From the NCBI GenBank assembly GCA_963675785.1, contig OY776562.1, positions 2,126,893 through 2,190,892 of the forward strand: DNA of 64,000 bases. Direction: 5' to 3'. The position numbers and the translations under genes are program-made. How positions within the stretch are numbered: the stretch's first letter is position 1; each line of letters begins with the position of its first letter. The DNA is from Anaerolineae bacterium. GTDB lineage: Bacteria > Chloroflexota > Anaerolineae > UBA1429. Below, in pieces: positions 1 to 9,547 of the stretch. The notes below the pieces were generated by a model that made no database searches, was not told the origin of the DNA, and saw only the letters and a list, made by a program, of their open reading frames with translations.

Positions 1-931
1 GAGCTACGCTGCACAAGTTATCATCACCCATGCCAACCACAGCCACATCGCGCGGACATGCCCGGCCAATGTTCGTCAATGCCGATATAACCTGCAACGC
101 ATAGATATCATGCGAGCAAAAGACGGCTGTCGGCCCATCTTCACTGGCAAATAGCGTTTCCAGCCGACTAACAAAGGTCGAACTCCCCGGCTGGCCCGTA
201 ATCACCCACTCGAGAGAGACGTCAGCACCGTGATCCCAGAGCGTGTTGGCATAGCCCCAATACCGCCTGTCGCCGGATACACTGGTTGGCTCTGCGCCAA
301 CATAAGCGATCCTCCTGTGCCCCAAAGAAAGCAGGTGCGCAGTAATAGTAGCCGCGCAGATATCCTCATCCAATACGACAGCCGGCACATCAATACCGTC
401 GATATCGCGCAGAATCAGGATAATCGGCAAAGGGCTTTGTTCCACAAGACCGCCAAATCGATCTGATAGTCCAGAACTCTCGCCCTGAACAAGTATCAAG
501 GCGGCGACATGCTGCTCGGCAGCAGCGACGTACAGAGCGTCCTCCAGCTCGTCCCAGTTACCTTCCAATGTGCGCAACACCACTTGCAGATCCGCATCTC
601 CCAGAGCATGCATCATAGCCTGCAAGAGCCCAATGGGAAGTGCATCGAGGCGATCCGGCACCAATAAACTCACTGTCCCTGTTCGTGATCCAGACTGAGG
701 ATGTTCAGAAATGAACCACCCCAACCCATGGCGGCTAACCACAATGCCGTCATGTTTGAGTTCACGCAAGGCACGGCGCACTGTGATCTGGCTCACACCA
801 TAGGCATCACAGAGTGCGTGTTCGCTCGGAAGTCTATCTCCCGCTTGCAAGCGACCAGATTCCACCTTGTCGGCAATGTCATCCGCAACCCAGCGATAGA
901 GCGGACCAGAAGGCCGTTCGGTCATGACCAT
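1..931 (-). CDS. GntR-family HTH regulator fused to a LacI/PBP-type sugar-binding domain (partial; 3' end runs off the left edge)
   Basis: Manual reverse translation gives MVMTERPSGPLYRWVADDIADKVESGRLQAGDRLPSEHALCDAYGVSQITVRRALRELKHDGIVVSRHGLGWF (GntR wHTH), then a LacI-like core (...IILILRDIDGIDVPAVVLDED...AVVGMGDD...). GGAGG-like SD 5-6 nt before the ATG at 929-931. Not in the ORF track because there is no stop inside the window. Confidence 0.6.
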   Translation of the reverse strand, partial: MVMTERPSGPLYRWVADDIADKVESGRLQAGDRLPSEHALCDAYGVSQITVRRALRELKHDGIVVSRHGLGWFISEHPQSGSRTGTVSLLVPDRLDALPIGLLQAMMHALGDADLQVVLRTLEGNWDELEDALYVAAAEQHVAALILVQGESSGLSDRFGGLVEQSPLPIILILRDIDGIDVPAVVLDEDICAATITAHLLSLGHRRIAYVGAEPTSVSGDRRYWGYANTLWDHGADVSLEWVITGQPGSSTFVSRLETLFASEDGPTAVFCSHDIYALQVISALTNIGRACPRDVAVVGMGDDNLCSVA

Positions 932-974
932 GAGCTCCCTCCCCAGACCAAACCAGCACTAGATGAAACAAACT

Positions 975-3278
975 TTAATCCACACGCCCCTGACGTGCTG
1001 AGAACCAGCGATAATCAATGTTCAAAAAGACTTTGTCGAGTTCATATAGTTCTTCAACAAAACTCGTATCAATATCAGCATGCTCAACTGCATCAGCAAG
1101 CTGATTAAAGCGCACCACATGTGATTCGAACCGCTCTATAGCGTACTCTTTGGCCTGCCCAGTGGTGATCAAAAAAGGCCAGTCACTAGATTCGAGGAGC
1201 AACAATTCGCGTGCAGCCTGATCAAGCGCCCATCGCTCATCGCCTATCGCGTCAGGATGCTCGGCACAAAGCCGTTCCATCCTGGTTTCAGCCGCATGAA
1301 TCGGCTCCCACACCCAATGTGTGTCGTCATTATCCCAGGTCCAATGGGTTCCGCCCGCTCCCCAGGAACTCTCAGGAAGCGCCATGACCTCTTCGGGCGG
1401 GTTGATCTCGAGATATTCGCTGGCCGTCACCAAGTCTACCTCGTCGTCCTCAGCCAGGTTTCGCAGAACCTCGCGAATCCAGGTAACACCCTCGAACCAC
1501 CAGTGGCCAAAGAGCTCGGTATCATAGTTTGAAGCCACTAGACCATATTGACCAGTCTTTTCGTGATTTTCGACCAACAGCTCGTGCACAAGCGAAGCAT
1601 AGTGTTTTGCGTGGCTTATTACCTTGTTCTCGGCCCAATCGGGGTGATACCAGTCTTTGGAACCCAATTCGGTACGGGGACCGGTAACGCGCCAGTACTG
1701 CAAACCCGATTCAGGGTCTTTTTGATGGAATTCGCGATAATCCTGATCACCAGGATAGCCCCAATCCGCCGACCAAACTTGCTGACCCGTACGATTGTTG
1801 CGCCCAATGGCTGCAACTGGCGGATCGACTAGCCCGTTGGTGTTGCCCATCACCCAATAGGCAGAGAAAGTGGTGCCACCACTGGTGTTGCTTTCAGCCA
1901 TGGGTATAACATAATGGCGCTTGATCATGCCATAGGGGCCAATGGCAGTTTCGCCGGCAGCCTTACCCACAGGCATACCACCCTCAATGGCGTGCGTCTC
2001 CACAAAGAAACAGGTAATACCTTGCGCCGAGAGAAACTCTTCGATGCCCGGGCGCACCGTACCGTCGTCATCCACAAAAGCTGGCCTATAGGCACATTCG
2101 GGCAGCCAGATGGCACGAGGTGCCTTGCCGAAATGACGCATATAGCTGGCAATTCCCGTACGAAGCTGGCCATAAATAGACGAATCGCGCCCCAGCAGCG
2201 GCAGATAGCCGTGGGTTGCCGCAGAACAAATGATCTCGATCAGCTCCTCATCCTGCAGTTGGCGGAATGCGCCGATCACATCGCTCTTGAAACGGTCCAA
2301 AAAGGCGTTATGTACCTTGCGGTAATAGTCACGATAAAAGGTGGCCAGATATTCGGCGTGCTCGTCACCCTCTTCGCCAAAGCGGGGGATATCTGCTTCG
2401 GCAGAAGCGATCTCTTGATCCAAATAGGTGACAAAATGGGCTTTGATGTCGGCATCGGCCAGTTGCTCGGTGAGAACCGGCGTAATGCCGATAGTCAAGC
2501 GAAAATCAATACCCTCATCGCGAAGGTCATAGAGGGCCATAAGCAAGGGAATATACGTCTCGGCCAGGGCTTCGTGCAGCCACTCTTCTCCGTGGGGCCA
2601 CATGCCCGCCCGTCGGCAATAAGGCAAATGGCTGTGCAGTACGAACGTAAACGCCCCTGCCGCCTGACCGGGGGTGTTGCGTGGTTTTAGGGCCTTGATC
2701 GGAGCCGGGACAATTGAATTGTTTGCAGACCGAAAAGCCCCCTGAACGAGCTGCTCTTTGAGATTCAGTGTCCACTCGATATCGATGCGAACACGTCCTG
2801 CAAGATGGCGCCAAACGGCATCCAGTGCCAAACCGGGCCCAGGCTGCGCCTGATAGGAGCGCGACATATGCTCAATGCGCACAAGTTCATCTTCTAGGTG
2901 CTCTAACCGGCGATCGAGGAGAGCAGCAAGTTCATCCTCAGGCAGCAAATCGATGAATGAGGCCGCCGCATCCTGAGGTACGCCTCCCAGCGCTGTTTCC
3001 TGCCAGGCATCTCGCAGCAAATCCTGAAGAACCAGTCCACCCTGGTCAGTAATCTGATAAACATTGCGAGCTGGGCGGCCCTGTGCAGCCTCAACGCCAG
3101 ACTTGACGATCAGGCCTTCATCGGACATACGCGCCAATTGGGCATAGAGCGAGGCCGATGGCACGGTCGCCCAGTCACGGTAAGCATCGCTTTCCAGCGT
3201 TTTCTTGATCTGGTATCCATACATCTCGCCCCGGGCTAGCAAACCTAGAATCAAAGTACGTACTTGCGACATGAGCAC
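975..3278 (-). CDS. PadR-type winged-HTH domain fused in-frame to a GH57 1,4-alpha-glucan branching enzyme
   Basis: 767-aa ORF. The N-terminal ~100 aa (LILGLLARGEMYGYQIKK...LYAQLARMSDEGLIVKS...RNVYQITDQG) is PadR-like. From about residue 225 the GH57 signature appears: FTFVLHSHLPYCRRAGMWPHGEEWLHEALAETYIPLL. GTG start at 3276-3278. Confidence 0.8.
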   Translation of the reverse strand: MLMSQVRTLILGLLARGEMYGYQIKKTLESDAYRDWATVPSASLYAQLARMSDEGLIVKSGVEAAQGRPARNVYQITDQGGLVLQDLLRDAWQETALGGVPQDAAASFIDLLPEDELAALLDRRLEHLEDELVRIEHMSRSYQAQPGPGLALDAVWRHLAGRVRIDIEWTLNLKEQLVQGAFRSANNSIVPAPIKALKPRNTPGQAAGAFTFVLHSHLPYCRRAGMWPHGEEWLHEALAETYIPLLMALYDLRDEGIDFRLTIGITPVLTEQLADADIKAHFVTYLDQEIASAEADIPRFGEEGDEHAEYLATFYRDYYRKVHNAFLDRFKSDVIGAFRQLQDEELIEIICSAATHGYLPLLGRDSSIYGQLRTGIASYMRHFGKAPRAIWLPECAYRPAFVDDDGTVRPGIEEFLSAQGITCFFVETHAIEGGMPVGKAAGETAIGPYGMIKRHYVIPMAESNTSGGTTFSAYWVMGNTNGLVDPPVAAIGRNNRTGQQVWSADWGYPGDQDYREFHQKDPESGLQYWRVTGPRTELGSKDWYHPDWAENKVISHAKHYASLVHELLVENHEKTGQYGLVASNYDTELFGHWWFEGVTWIREVLRNLAEDDEVDLVTASEYLEINPPEEVMALPESSWGAGGTHWTWDNDDTHWVWEPIHAAETRMERLCAEHPDAIGDERWALDQAARELLLLESSDWPFLITTGQAKEYAIERFESHVVRFNQLADAVEHADIDTSFVEELYELDKVFLNIDYRWFSARQGRVD

Positions 3279-3286
3279 TCCTTGCT

Positions 3287-3307
3287 AATAGTCCAAGTTA
3301 GACTATT
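3287..3307. promoter_or_regulatory. Inverted repeat AATAGTC-N7-GACTATT 9-29 bp upstream of the PadR-GH57 start; candidate PadR operator
   Basis: Perfect 7-bp arms read directly from the sequence. PadR regulators commonly autoregulate via palindromes at their own promoter. Confidence 0.3.
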
Positions 3308-3452
3308 TTAGGCCAGGCACTGTGCAATGACAAACCTCTGCGCGAGAACATGGCGCTATTCTACACAGTATTGTTGCATTCGTCCATGCCAATTTAACTT
3401 TTGTCCTTGATTCTGCCAACATGAAACACTATCCTCTCAAGAGGGAGAAGCT

Positions 3453-5690
3453 ATGAAACCACAGATCATCGGACATATGACGGATAAAAGCCCTAACGGC
3501 CAATTCGAGATAGAACGCGTCGTATACGAAAACGAGGAAAACGGCTGGGCCGTGCTGCGTATGGTACCGCTTGATTCGCCTGCCGCCCTGCCTGTCACCG
3601 CCGTTGGAAACGTACCCAACCCCGTAGCAGGTGCCTGTTACGATATTGAAGGCGAGTGGCAGAAATCCAAGGAGCACGGCTACCAGGTTCAGATCAAGTC
3701 AGCCAAGCCCTTTGTTCCCGCCACAGTTCAAGGTATTGAGCGCTATCTGGCCAGCGGCGCCATTCCCGGCGTCGGTAAACATTATGCCCATTTGCTGGCA
3801 GAGAATTACGGCAGTGATACTCTGGCCATATTGGATGCTGGCGCACCCAATATGGAAGATATTTCGGGCATCGGCAAAAAACGAGCCGCCCTTATCCGCC
3901 AAGCCTGGCTAGAAAACCGCCACACCCACAGCATAATGGAACGCCTGCAAGGTGAGGCTGGTCTTTCTGCGCGCCAGGCGCAAACCTTGTACAAAGAACT
4001 CGGCGATCAGGCCTGGGAAAAAGTTCGCAGCAATCCCTATCGCCTGCAAGATATTCTGGCTGGTGTGGGTTTTAAGACCTGCGATAAGATTGCCCGCAAT
4101 ATGGGATTGGGGCTCAACGATCCAGCTCGAATCCGCGCTGGCCTGCTTTACGTGTTAGAAGAAGCCTTGCACAAAGGCGATCTATGGCTCCCCGAAGAGG
4201 CCATCAAAGCCCAAGCTACCGACTTGCTTCAACTTTCTACTGAGGAAATCGAGACTACATTTACCGGCATGGTCGCGCAGGAAGACTTGATCCTGGAAGT
4301 GCAAGAAGGCCAAAGTGCTGTCTATCTAGCGCGCGTCTATTATACCGAAACCCGCATCGCCGATGATCTAGCACAGTTGTTAGCTTCGCCACGGCCTTTA
4401 CGAGCAATGTCTCGCACCAAAGCGGAAGAACTAGTGGACCGTCTGCAAGAGTTTCCTCTCACCGAAGCGCAGCACAATGGTATAGTCGAAATCCTCTGCG
4501 GTGCACCTCTGCACGTCATCACCGGTGGGCCGGGAACCGGCAAAACCACCGTCATGCGCACGCTCATCCGCTGTCTGGAAGACCAAGCCATCGAGTATGC
4601 ATTGTGTGCCACCACAGGCAGAGCCAGCAAACAGTTGGAATCAGCCACGCAACGACCCGCTGCCACCGTACACCGCCATCTCAAGCTAGGCACGCCCGGC
4701 GAGCCCGAGCCTCTTTACGAGGATATTCTCATCATCGATGAATCCTCAATGATCGATCTCTGGCTCATGGCCGAGATCAGCCAACGGCTTAGGATTGGGC
4801 AGCAGTTGGTGTTGGTGGGGGATATCGATCAACTCCCCTCCGTGGGACCAGGTACTGTCTTGCAAGACATCATCCAAGCTGGCGCTAGCTGCCCCGGCAT
4901 CTCTGTGACCCGGCTGGACACCATCTTTCGCCAGGAAAAGGGCAGCGAGAGTCTCATCGTCACCAACTGCCACCGCATCCGCCAGGGAGAACTGCCCATC
5001 AAAGGCGACAGCGAAGCCGACTATTTCGAGATGTCCCGCGATTCAGCAGAGCAGGCCCGTGACCTGGCCATCGAACTGGTTACGCGACGCCTCCCTGCCT
5101 ATCTGGATATCGACCCCTTGCAGATTCAGTTGCTGGCCCCCATGCACCGCGGCACAGCCGGCATTGCAGCGCTGAATACCGAACTTCAGCAGAAACTCAA
5201 TCCACCAGCCCCTAGAAAACCCGAAGTCATCCTCACCCACGGAGGCGAAGGGCCCGCGCGCGTCTTTCGACTGGGTGACAAGGTGCGGCAGACACGCAAC
5301 AACTATCAGAAGCAAGTGCTCAACGGAGATATCGGCCTCATCGATTCAGTCAGTACGGCGAATCGACAGATCACGGTGCGCTTTGATAATCAGCTCGTAC
5401 CCTACGAGGCAGACGAATTGCTCGAGCTGGTTCACAGTTGGGCTATGACCGTCCATGCTGCCCAGGGATCGCAATGGCCGGCGGTGGTCATTCTGATGAT
5501 TTCCGAACATTATGTCATGCTGGAGCGCAACATCTTGTACACGGCCCTCTCTCGTGCCGAACGATTAGCCGTACTGGTCAGCGATGCTCGGGCTGTAGGC
5601 ATAGCCGTCAAGCGTCAGCACGCCCTCGATCGTCACAGTGGCCTGGCTCAGAGAATTGTGCAGGCTACTGCGCAAGCAGCCGCTTACTGA
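3453..5690 (+). CDS. recD2: ATP-dependent RecD-like DNA helicase (RecD2, SF1)
   Basis: Walker A GGPGTGKTT, motif ILIIDESSMID, RecD2-type N-terminal domain. SD GAGGGAG before the ATG. Confidence 0.85.
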   Translation: MKPQIIGHMTDKSPNGQFEIERVVYENEENGWAVLRMVPLDSPAALPVTAVGNVPNPVAGACYDIEGEWQKSKEHGYQVQIKSAKPFVPATVQGIERYLASGAIPGVGKHYAHLLAENYGSDTLAILDAGAPNMEDISGIGKKRAALIRQAWLENRHTHSIMERLQGEAGLSARQAQTLYKELGDQAWEKVRSNPYRLQDILAGVGFKTCDKIARNMGLGLNDPARIRAGLLYVLEEALHKGDLWLPEEAIKAQATDLLQLSTEEIETTFTGMVAQEDLILEVQEGQSAVYLARVYYTETRIADDLAQLLASPRPLRAMSRTKAEELVDRLQEFPLTEAQHNGIVEILCGAPLHVITGGPGTGKTTVMRTLIRCLEDQAIEYALCATTGRASKQLESATQRPAATVHRHLKLGTPGEPEPLYEDILIIDESSMIDLWLMAEISQRLRIGQQLVLVGDIDQLPSVGPGTVLQDIIQAGASCPGISVTRLDTIFRQEKGSESLIVTNCHRIRQGELPIKGDSEADYFEMSRDSAEQARDLAIELVTRRLPAYLDIDPLQIQLLAPMHRGTAGIAALNTELQQKLNPPAPRKPEVILTHGGEGPARVFRLGDKVRQTRNNYQKQVLNGDIGLIDSVSTANRQITVRFDNQLVPYEADELLELVHSWAMTVHAAQGSQWPAVVILMISEHYVMLERNILYTALSRAERLAVLVSDARAVGIAVKRQHALDRHSGLAQRIVQATAQAAAY

Positions 5691-7041
5691 TTGCGTTATG
5701 CTGGGCGATGAGCGCATCGAGATCCACATCCACCAGGCGGCCATTCTCAATCACGATACGGCCATTGATCACACTGAGCGACACGTTCACTGGCGTGCAG
5801 AACAGAAGCGCCGCCACGGGATCGGCCTGAGCGCCAGCGAACTCAACCGTACGCGTGTCTATGGCAATGACATCTGCGGCCATACCGGGCGCCAGCACAC
5901 CAATATCGTTGCGCCCCAACACTTGCGCGCCACCAACAGTCGCCATGCGTAGCGCCTCACGCGCCGAGAGTCCCTGTGGCCCCAGATTGACGCGCTGCAA
6001 CAGCATAGCCAGGCGAACCTCGCCCAGCAGATGCCCTGAATCGTTACTGGCGCTGCCATCCACTGCCATACCCACACGCACACCAGCATCAAGATAGCGA
6101 CGAATAGGGGCAATGCCCGAGCCTAGGCGCATGTTTGACCCCGGACAATGAGCCACGCCCGTGCCCGTTTCGGCCATCAGCGTAATCTCGCGCTGATTGG
6201 GCCAAACAGCGTGAGCCCACCATACATCTGGGCCCACCCAGCCCAACGATTCCATATAAGCCACAGGGCGCAGGCCAGTTCGCTCCAAACAATAGTCATC
6301 CTCATCGCGTGTTTCGGCCACATGTGTATGCATAAACACACCATAACTGCGGGCCAACGCGGCCGAATCCCGCATGAGCGCCTCGGTCACATTAAAGGGT
6401 GCGCAAGGTCCCACCGCCACGCGGCACATGCTATAGCGAGAAGCATCATGATAGCTCTCAATGACACGGCGGCTGTCGCGCAGCACATCTTCATCGCGTT
6501 CCACCACGGCATCGGGAGGCAGGCCACCGTCGGATTCGCCCAAAGTCATGCTCCCACGTGAGGGGTGAAACCGCACCCCCATCTCAGCAGCAGCACGAAT
6601 CTGGTCATCGAGGCGAGCATCATTGGGGAATAGATAGGTGTGGTCGGCACAGGTAGTACAGCCAGAGAGCATTAGTTCGGCCAAGGCCAATTTGGCACTG
6701 GTATACAGTGCCGCTGCATCAATGGCTGGCCACACGCGATAGTGTGTACGAAGCCAATCAAAGAGACTGCCATCCTGAGCGCCCGGAGTCGCCCGCGTAA
6801 GCGATTGGAACAAATGATGGTGGGTGTTCACCAATCCGGGCAATACCACGTGCCCGCGCATATCCAGCACGCAGTCAGCTGTATTGGGCGTATCGCCTAC
6901 CTGTTCAATAATGTTATCACGAATGAACAAGCTGCCATTGCGAATCTCGCGTCCTTGCTCGTCCATACAAGCCAGCACATCGGCGTTTTTTATCAAGAGC
7001 GTACCCATATCGACCTCCAACTCAAGTATCGACTTTAGCAA
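5665..7041 (-). CDS. Amidohydrolase, TRZ/ATZ (chlorohydrolase) family; 8-oxoguanine/MTA-deaminase-like
   Basis: PGLVNTHHHLFQSL metal-binding motif, HTHVAE, and ...VDGSASND characteristic of the SsnA/TRZ/ATZ deaminase family. Confidence 0.7.
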   Translation of the reverse strand: MLKSILELEVDMGTLLIKNADVLACMDEQGREIRNGSLFIRDNIIEQVGDTPNTADCVLDMRGHVVLPGLVNTHHHLFQSLTRATPGAQDGSLFDWLRTHYRVWPAIDAAALYTSAKLALAELMLSGCTTCADHTYLFPNDARLDDQIRAAAEMGVRFHPSRGSMTLGESDGGLPPDAVVERDEDVLRDSRRVIESYHDASRYSMCRVAVGPCAPFNVTEALMRDSAALARSYGVFMHTHVAETRDEDDYCLERTGLRPVAYMESLGWVGPDVWWAHAVWPNQREITLMAETGTGVAHCPGSNMRLGSGIAPIRRYLDAGVRVGMAVDGSASNDSGHLLGEVRLAMLLQRVNLGPQGLSAREALRMATVGGAQVLGRNDIGVLAPGMAADVIAIDTRTVEFAGAQADPVAALLFCTPVNVSLSVINGRIVIENGRLVDVDLDALIAQHNAISKRLLAQ

Positions 7042-7242
7042 TATCCCAAGGCAAAAAACACATCCTCAACTCTTTTGCCATGGGTGTATATCATCATAAC
7101 GTCAAATCTGCCATTCTTGGCGGATTGAATGAACGACCATAGAATAGCAAATCCTAGCGTCAAATTCGGGGTTGTCCCAAAACTCGTTTGCGGCAGGATC
7201 GTGAAAAGCAATGCCCTATTTATTGGTTCATTGCAGCGTTTG

Positions 7243-7300
7243 CTGATGCATAAAACCGAATTCGGACGATAGCCCAGAAGACGCAAAATTTATGCATCAG
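7243..7300. repeat. 12-bp perfect inverted repeat CTGATGCATAAA ... TTTATGCATCAG separated by 34 nt, in the divergent intergenic region
   Basis: Read directly from the sequence. The spacer contains a CCGAATTCGG mini-palindrome. Confidence 0.5.
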
Positions 7301-7373
7301 TTTAGAAACTATAAGTATTCTGAAAGGGTTTTCAGGCTTGATGTATTGGCTAGGTGAATTTGCTGAAGTATAA

Positions 7374-8225
7374 TTGCGTAATACGCTGACAGGGGGAAAA
7401 GAGATTAGCAGCTTTCAGGTCTCTCTCCAGGTCTTTGAGGGTCCCTTGGACCTTTTATTGCACCTAATCGAAAAGCGCGAGTTGGACATCACAGAGATTT
7501 CTCTGGCACTGGTGGCCGACCGTTTTCTTGCGTATGTCGCGGCCATGCACACCGTTAATGCGGGTGAGCTGGCCGATTTTTGCGCAGTTGCTGCACGCCT
7601 TTTACTGATCAAATCGCGCTACCTCTTGCCGCGGCCACGAGATGAAGAGAGCAGCGAAGAGGAAGAAGATCCGGCAGAAGAACTAGCCCGGCAGCTTTGC
7701 GAATACAAACGCTACAAGCAAGTCGCCGAACTGCTCAAAGAAATCGAAGAAGCCGGCGTGCGTTGTTACCCGCGCGTTGCTCCGCCTCCCCATTTTGAAC
7801 GGCCGCTCAAACCCGGTGATAACACCCTGGATGAGCTGTTCAGCGCCTTTCGGCGTGCTCTCAAGGAACACCCCCAGCCCGGCAACGCCAACCACGTTGT
7901 AGCCCCAATCCAAGTATCCATGGCAGAATGCATCACGCGCATTGAGAGCATTGCTACCACAAACAGCCGCATCTATTTCTCAAGCTTGATAGGGCAAGCA
8001 CAATCGCGGCTAGAGATCATTGTGCTCTTTTTAGCTGTTCTCGAATTGATCAAGCAGCAACACCTCACTGCCAAACAGGAGACTTCTTTTGGCGAGGTGT
8101 ATCTGGAAAAAAGAGAACCTGAAGATGGTTTTGATAATGACCCCATCGACTTGAGCGAATATGGCGAAGGCCTCAGTGAATACGACGAGGAACTGAGCGA
8201 GTACGTAGAAGATCAGGTCGAATAG
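7374..8225 (+). CDS. scpA: Segregation and condensation protein A (ScpA)
   Basis: FEGPLDLLLHLIEKRELDITEISLALVADRFLAYV is the ScpA signature. The start is uncertain: the annotated TTG at 7374 overlaps a TATAAT at 7369-7374, and an ATT at 7404 with SD AGGGGG 7 nt upstream is an alternative. The C-terminus is acidic with three LSEY repeats. Confidence 0.75.
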   Translation: MRNTLTGGKEISSFQVSLQVFEGPLDLLLHLIEKRELDITEISLALVADRFLAYVAAMHTVNAGELADFCAVAARLLLIKSRYLLPRPRDEESSEEEEDPAEELARQLCEYKRYKQVAELLKEIEEAGVRCYPRVAPPPHFERPLKPGDNTLDELFSAFRRALKEHPQPGNANHVVAPIQVSMAECITRIESIATTNSRIYFSSLIGQAQSRLEIIVLFLAVLELIKQQHLTAKQETSFGEVYLEKREPEDGFDNDPIDLSEYGEGLSEYDEELSEYVEDQVE

Positions 8226-9385
8226 GCTTCAAGCGTTCGTTCAGCCAGGATACTCCAGTTGTAACGCTCCTCCATACGCTGCGCTGCAGCGGCACCAAGG
8301 CGATCAGCCAGTTCTCGATCATCCAGGATTTGCAGCGTAGCCGCAAGCATAGCCGCCTCGTCCCCTGCTTCTACCAACAAACCCGTCTCTCCGTGCTGGA
8401 TATATTCTTTGTTCTGTCCCACTGCATCTGCCACAGTAGGTACGCCCGCAGCAAGCAAATCGAGCAGCTTGACCGAGCACTTGGTACGGTTGATCAGCGT
8501 GTCATCAAAGGGAAACCAGGCCACGTCCGCGGCAGCAAGCAAATCGGGCAATACACTCTCTTCAACCCAGCCTGTACGAACAACATGATCCTGCAAACCT
8601 GCCTCTATCACCCGGGTGTCCAATTGTACATCGGCCTCTGTAAAGAGCGCCTTGCCCACCACCAGCAGACACGCATCCGGGCGTAGCTCGACAAGGCGAG
8701 CCAGCATATGCACCACCCGCGCCGGATCGAATTCGAACAGCCGAGTATACAAGAGCACCAGAGGGCCATCGCCCAGCGCAAAAAGTTCTCGTCCGCGTAA
8801 GCGATCGCCCCGTTCCCGTGGAATTGCGCCATTGGGCACATAGTGTACAGCAGGCGCTTCTACCCCCAGCGCCCATACCAACGTTTGTAGGGCACGGCTG
8901 GCAACCGTTACAGCGTTGCAGTGGCGTAGCCCCCAGTTTTCTTGCCAAGCGAAAAATCGTTTGAGGAGTGCCGAATAATTGCTAACTTCGTTCCAGCCCC
9001 CCGCACCCTCCCAGTCATCCTCGTCTACCACCAAGCGCGGGCGATGGATTAACTGGTGCCTGAAATAGCAACCTGCAAGCCCTGAATAAGCTTTGGGCTT
9101 GAAAATATGCACAACGTCCGGCTGCCAGGCACAGGCAGCACGAATCAATCGATATGTTATGAACAGTTCGCGCAATACAGGTACCGCTGGCTTGATCGAA
9201 ACATATTCCAACGTAACGCCCGCATCGCTCCAGCACCCCGCACCGCTGGTAGGATCTTTCCATGGCGGCATAACGATCAGCACCTCGTGCCCCTTGGCAG
9301 CTAACTCGCGGGCCAAGGGCAGAGCTCTTACTTGAATTGTTCCCCGATATTTGAGCCCAAAGGGGCCAATCATGGCAATGCGCAT
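8213..9385 (-). CDS. Glycosyltransferase family 4 (GT4)
   Basis: MRIAMIGPFGL...GHEVLIVMP N-terminal Rossmann-like domain and C-terminal ...GETGLLVEAGD... EX7E-like motif. Start trimmed to the internal ATG at 9383-9385. Confidence 0.75.
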   Translation of the reverse strand: MRIAMIGPFGLKYRGTIQVRALPLARELAAKGHEVLIVMPPWKDPTSGAGCWSDAGVTLEYVSIKPAVPVLRELFITYRLIRAACAWQPDVVHIFKPKAYSGLAGCYFRHQLIHRPRLVVDEDDWEGAGGWNEVSNYSALLKRFFAWQENWGLRHCNAVTVASRALQTLVWALGVEAPAVHYVPNGAIPRERGDRLRGRELFALGDGPLVLLYTRLFEFDPARVVHMLARLVELRPDACLLVVGKALFTEADVQLDTRVIEAGLQDHVVRTGWVEESVLPDLLAAADVAWFPFDDTLINRTKCSVKLLDLLAAGVPTVADAVGQNKEYIQHGETGLLVEAGDEAAMLAATLQILDDRELADRLGAAAAQRMEERYNWSILAERTLEAYST

Positions 9386-9477
9386 GTGTGTGATCCACCT
9401 TTTTTGTAAAGAGAGCGTAGCGGCCAGGTGCGAGACTGTCAAACACCAAATGCGAATGGTAAAAGAGCAGTTGCAGG

Positions 9478-9506
9478 TTGAACCGCGTGTTAACTATTGG
9501 TATAAT
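9478..9506 (+). promoter_or_regulatory. Sigma70-type promoter TTGAAC-N17-TATAAT upstream of the HK/RR operon
   Basis: Near-consensus -35/-10 with 17-nt spacer, 42 nt upstream of the TTG start at 9548. Confidence 0.4.
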
Positions 9507-9547
9507 GCTACCACGTAGATCGAGAATCTTATCAAGGGGGGGCTACT

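Noticed and set aside
701-1108. 135-aa plus-strand ORF
   Set aside because: Antisense to the GntR/LacI-type regulator whose wHTH reads cleanly on the minus strand.
1914-2690. 258-aa plus-strand ORF (and several 60-95-aa ORFs at 1257-2956)
   Set aside because: All lie antisense inside the GH57 coding region, as expected for high-GC antisense frames. No SD or domain support.
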